Source: Candidatus Levyibacteriota bacterium
Lineage (GTDB): Bacteria; Patescibacteriota; Microgenomatia; Levybacterales; UBA12049
Reading direction: 5' to 3'
Assembly: GCA_016432345.1 (NCBI GenBank)
Contig: CP066685.1
Coordinates: forward strand, 496,236-560,235
Length of the DNA: 64,000 nt
Under the pieces are notes generated by a model that was not told where the DNA came from, searched no databases, and worked only from the letters and a program-made list of their open reading frames with translations. The position numbers were made by a program, and so were the translations under genes. The first letter of the stretch is position 1. The number at the start of each line of letters is the position of its first letter. Below are positions 58,387 to 64,000 of this stretch, in pieces.

Positions 58387-59180
58387 CGGTAGGAATTAAT
58401 TATATTGCGCATTTCGCAGGCTTTTTGGCAGGCTTTTTCCACAAAATCTGCATCTTTTCCTGCATATATTATTTCTCTTGAGCTATTGCAGATAAGATTA
58501 TTTCCATTTTTATCAATCCCTGCTGTTACGGCTTTTTCTATAGAGGCTCCTTGCGCTCCAATTCCGGCAGTTAAAATTGGACTCTTTGGAAATAGTGTTC
58601 TAACATTTTTAAGAGCTTCTGGATCTGTTGCGCCAACAAACAGCGCGATATTTGGAAACATCCATTTTTTTACTTCTTCCGCAGTATGTATATTTTCGAA
58701 AGTTGAGGCGTCTTTATTGGATGTTTTTATAATAATAATTGGCGATTTATCTTTGTACTCAAAAAATGGCTCAACAGAATCTTTCCCAAGAAACGGAAGA
58801 ATAGTTACGGCATCCGCGTCCCAATATTCAAACATCGCTTTGGCATACATTTTGGCGGTATTTGGTACATCGGCCCTTTTTGCATCAAGAATAATTGGAA
58901 TATGTCCAAAAGAAAAATGTAGATATTCAATAGTTTTTTTAAGTTGTTTAAGCGAGTCTAACCCATACGCTTCGTAAAATGCAATATTTAATTTGTAAGC
59001 GCAGACCACGTCTGCTGTAGCGTTGATAATTGATTTATTAAAGGTGAAAATTGGTTCTTTTTCCGCTTTTAAGTGTTGTGGGAGTTTTTCAAGATCGGTA
59101 TCCAGTCCAACACAAAGGAGGGAATTATTTTTCTTTGTTGCTTTGTCCAGTTTTTCCTGAAATTTAGTTTTTATTGTCAT
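58383..59180 (-). CDS. pyrF: Orotidine-5'-phosphate decarboxylase
   Basis: LCVGLD, YKLNIAFYEAYG, ILDAKRAD, VGAT, GIGAQG, NSSREI. Confidence 0.9.
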   Translation of the reverse strand: MTIKTKFQEKLDKATKKNNSLLCVGLDTDLEKLPQHLKAEKEPIFTFNKSIINATADVVCAYKLNIAFYEAYGLDSLKQLKKTIEYLHFSFGHIPIILDAKRADVPNTAKMYAKAMFEYWDADAVTILPFLGKDSVEPFFEYKDKSPIIIIKTSNKDASTFENIHTAEEVKKWMFPNIALFVGATDPEALKNVRTLFPKSPILTAGIGAQGASIEKAVTAGIDKNGNNLICNSSREIIYAGKDADFVEKACQKACEMRNIINSYR

Positions 59181-59188
59181 AGCAACCT

Positions 59189-60268
59189 CTATAAGGACAG
59201 TCCTTTAAAAATTTCGTGCGCAAGATATGGGTTCCACATGGCGGCTGTTGCAGATTGGACAACATCTGCGCCGGCTTTTCGGTACTCCAGATAATCATTT
59301 GGATTCATTACTCCGCCAACACCAACTATTTCGTATTTATAGCCATTTTTTTGACGGATAGTATTTAATTTGCGGGTCATTTCCAAACCAGCCCATTTAA
59401 TTCCTGCTCCGCCAACGCCGCTTCTTAGCCTATTTTTTCCCGGAAGAGCCTGTTTTCCTTGCTGGTCTACAACTTCAACTTGAAGCGTGTTGATGGCCGA
59501 GATGGCTTGGGCATACTCATTTGCGATTTCTGCCAGTACTTCGATATCTTTATCTAATTTATAGTGGCCGACTTTTAGAATAAGCGGGGTATTGCCAATT
59601 GCTTCTCGTATTGCTTCGCAGACTTTTTGGGTAACGTCCAGGCTGTAACAAACCAACCCTTCGTTGCCGATGTTTGGGCACGAAAGATTTGCCTCCAGCG
59701 CTTTTGCGCCGGTGTCGTTGGCTAATTTTGCGGTGAGGGCAAAGTCTTTTATAAAATCTTCTTGGGTTTGGTTTTCTTTAACTGTGCCCATAAAACTTAA
59801 GATCATTAGTTGCCCTTTTTTTGCATAAGCAACAGCTTTATGCGCGTCTGGCTGCCAGATATTTGGATTTTGCGATGGCACACCGAAAGAATTGGTGATA
59901 GTTATGTTTTTGACTGCTTTTTCTTTGCCGATATTTTTTATCACCACTTGTCGCAACTTTTCGGGATGAAGGTCGCCTTTTATATCAACCGAGACCACAT
60001 TGGGGAAGGGGTGAGAAGGGAAAAAAGCCGCCCGAACTGTTTTGTAGCATGAAACATCAAATCCCCATTCAAAAGCTGTTTTTATAAATTGGCTGTTTAA
60101 GAGTGGTCCAGCCGGAATACCAAAGGGAAGGTTGATATTAAAGCCTAAAAACTTGTATGTTTTTTTAATATCCCGTTGGGGTGGGGTGATATTTTGAGAA
60201 AGAATTGGCGGACCTTTGGCAAAGTTTTCATCAAAGGATATGTTTGGATCATAAAACGCTGGTTGCAT
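59189..60268 (-). CDS. pyrD: Divergent dihydroorotate/dihydropyrimidine dehydrogenase-family flavoprotein
   Basis: PFGIPAGP, EANLSCPN, AINT, VGVGGV, GADVVQSAT; start set to ATG 60268. Confidence 0.72.
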   Translation of the reverse strand: MQPAFYDPNISFDENFAKGPPILSQNITPPQRDIKKTYKFLGFNINLPFGIPAGPLLNSQFIKTAFEWGFDVSCYKTVRAAFFPSHPFPNVVSVDIKGDLHPEKLRQVVIKNIGKEKAVKNITITNSFGVPSQNPNIWQPDAHKAVAYAKKGQLMILSFMGTVKENQTQEDFIKDFALTAKLANDTGAKALEANLSCPNIGNEGLVCYSLDVTQKVCEAIREAIGNTPLILKVGHYKLDKDIEVLAEIANEYAQAISAINTLQVEVVDQQGKQALPGKNRLRSGVGGAGIKWAGLEMTRKLNTIRQKNGYKYEIVGVGGVMNPNDYLEYRKAGADVVQSATAAMWNPYLAHEIFKGLSL

Positions 60269-60278
60269 TATATCATTA

Positions 60279-62954
<2,676 letters not shown>

Positions 62955-62970
<16 letters not shown>

Positions 62971-64000
62971 ACTTTTTTGAAATCCTCCAGCGTTTTTTTT
63001 AAAAGTTTAGTTGTTTCTTCGTTAATTTTATTTCCTGTGCTTAGTTCTTCCAGTACTTTTGCTTTGTGTGTTTTTGTGTATTCATGAAGTTCTTTTTCGA
63101 ATCTTTGCACCTGTTCAACTGGCACATCGTCCAAAAAGCCATTACTTACAGCCCAAAGACTTAATACTTCTAAACTTTCTGGAAGTGGCTGGTATTGCGG
63201 CTGTTTTAAAATTTCAGTCATCCGTTTACCTTTTTCCAGTTGTTTTTGAGTGGCGGCATCTAATTCACTGCCAAATTGAGCAAAGGCTGCTAATTCTCGG
63301 TATTGAGCTAGTTCGAGACGCATTTTTCCAGAAACAGATTTCATGGTGCCAGATTGAGCGGCCCCGCCGACCCGAGAAACAGAATTACCAACATTAATAG
63401 CAGGTCGAATACCAATATTAAATAAATCTCCCTGCAAAAAAATCTGCCCGTCGGTAATGGAAATAACATTGGTTGGGATGTAAGCTGAAATATCACCAGC
63501 CTGGGTTTCGATAATGGGAAGAGCGGTAATCGAACCATCGCCGTTTTTTTTGTTTAATCTTACAGCGCGTTCAAGTAATCTACTATGCAAGTAAAAAATA
63601 TCACCAGGATAAGCCTCGCGGCCAGCGGGACGACGTAGCACTAAAGACAATTGACGATATGCCCAGGCGTGTTTGGTAAGATCGTCATAGACCACTAGCA
63701 CATCTTCGCCTTTTTCCATAAAGTATTCGGCTATAGCTGCGCCAGCATAAGGAGCTAAGTATTGCAAAGCCGCCGGATCAGGCGCATTGGCCGCCACAAT
63801 TATAGTGTATGAATCTGCGTTTTCTTCTTTGAGTCTGTTGATAATTTGGGCAACAGTTGATTGCTTTTGACCAATTGCCACATAGACGCAGATAACACCT
63901 TTGGTGCGTGGAGCGTGGCTCGTGGATTTTTCGTGGGTAGATCGTTGATTAATAATAGTGTCAATGGCAATAGCTGTTTTGCCCAAACCTCGATCTCCGA
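62955..64000 (-). CDS. atpA: F1 ATP synthase alpha subunit, 5' part outside window
   Basis: [40 protein letters not shown]. Confidence 0.97.
63905..63947 (-). repeat. Degenerate heptamer repeat (plus strand NNCGTGG) inside atpA
   Basis: TGCGTGG AGCGTGG CTCGTGG .. TTCGTGG; encodes part of [14 protein letters not shown]. Confidence 0.65.

Overview
AT-rich, gene-dense bacterial chromosome segment read with the standard code (TGA = stop). Gene content and style (homodimeric GlyRS, type-2 IleRS, DUF4012-like gene next to recO-glyQS, short MurE, mini-FtsQ, many apparently leaderless genes) suggest a Patescibacteria/CPR genome, probably Microgenomates; this is an inference. Left to right: a surface-glycan cluster (GT4 x2, manC, priming sugar transferase, DUF4012-like), recO, glyQS, an expanded dcw/peptidoglycan cluster (mraZ to ftsZ, with GlmU-like, HAD, glmS, hydrolase, membrane-anchored MurF, DegT aminotransferase and FemAB inserted), an accessory block between ftsZ and ileS, ileS-rodA-rplU-rpmA-parB, lepB, tRNA-Val(CAC), a TPP-riboswitch thiamine uptake/salvage operon plus thiN, a frameshifted divergent sigma70 gene, a 1062-aa multidomain surface peptidase, a second glycan cluster (GTs, Wzx, Wzy/WaaL-like), tRNA-Thr(CGT), pyrE-pyrF-pyrD and atpC-D-G-A (partial). 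Most unusual signals: (1) three synonymously diverged copies of the ftsZ 3' end plus a perfect 35-bp copy of ileS 5' sequence, which cut the ftsZ-ileS interval into cassette-like units; (2) many unrelated 7-bp tandem repeats sitting in frame in loops/linkers of core proteins, with unit variants that avoid stop codons; (3) a hairpin insertion in the same GT-B linker; (4) a +1-frameshifted sigma factor with non-canonical DNA-contact residues. All calls come from motif recognition by eye; no database searches were run.
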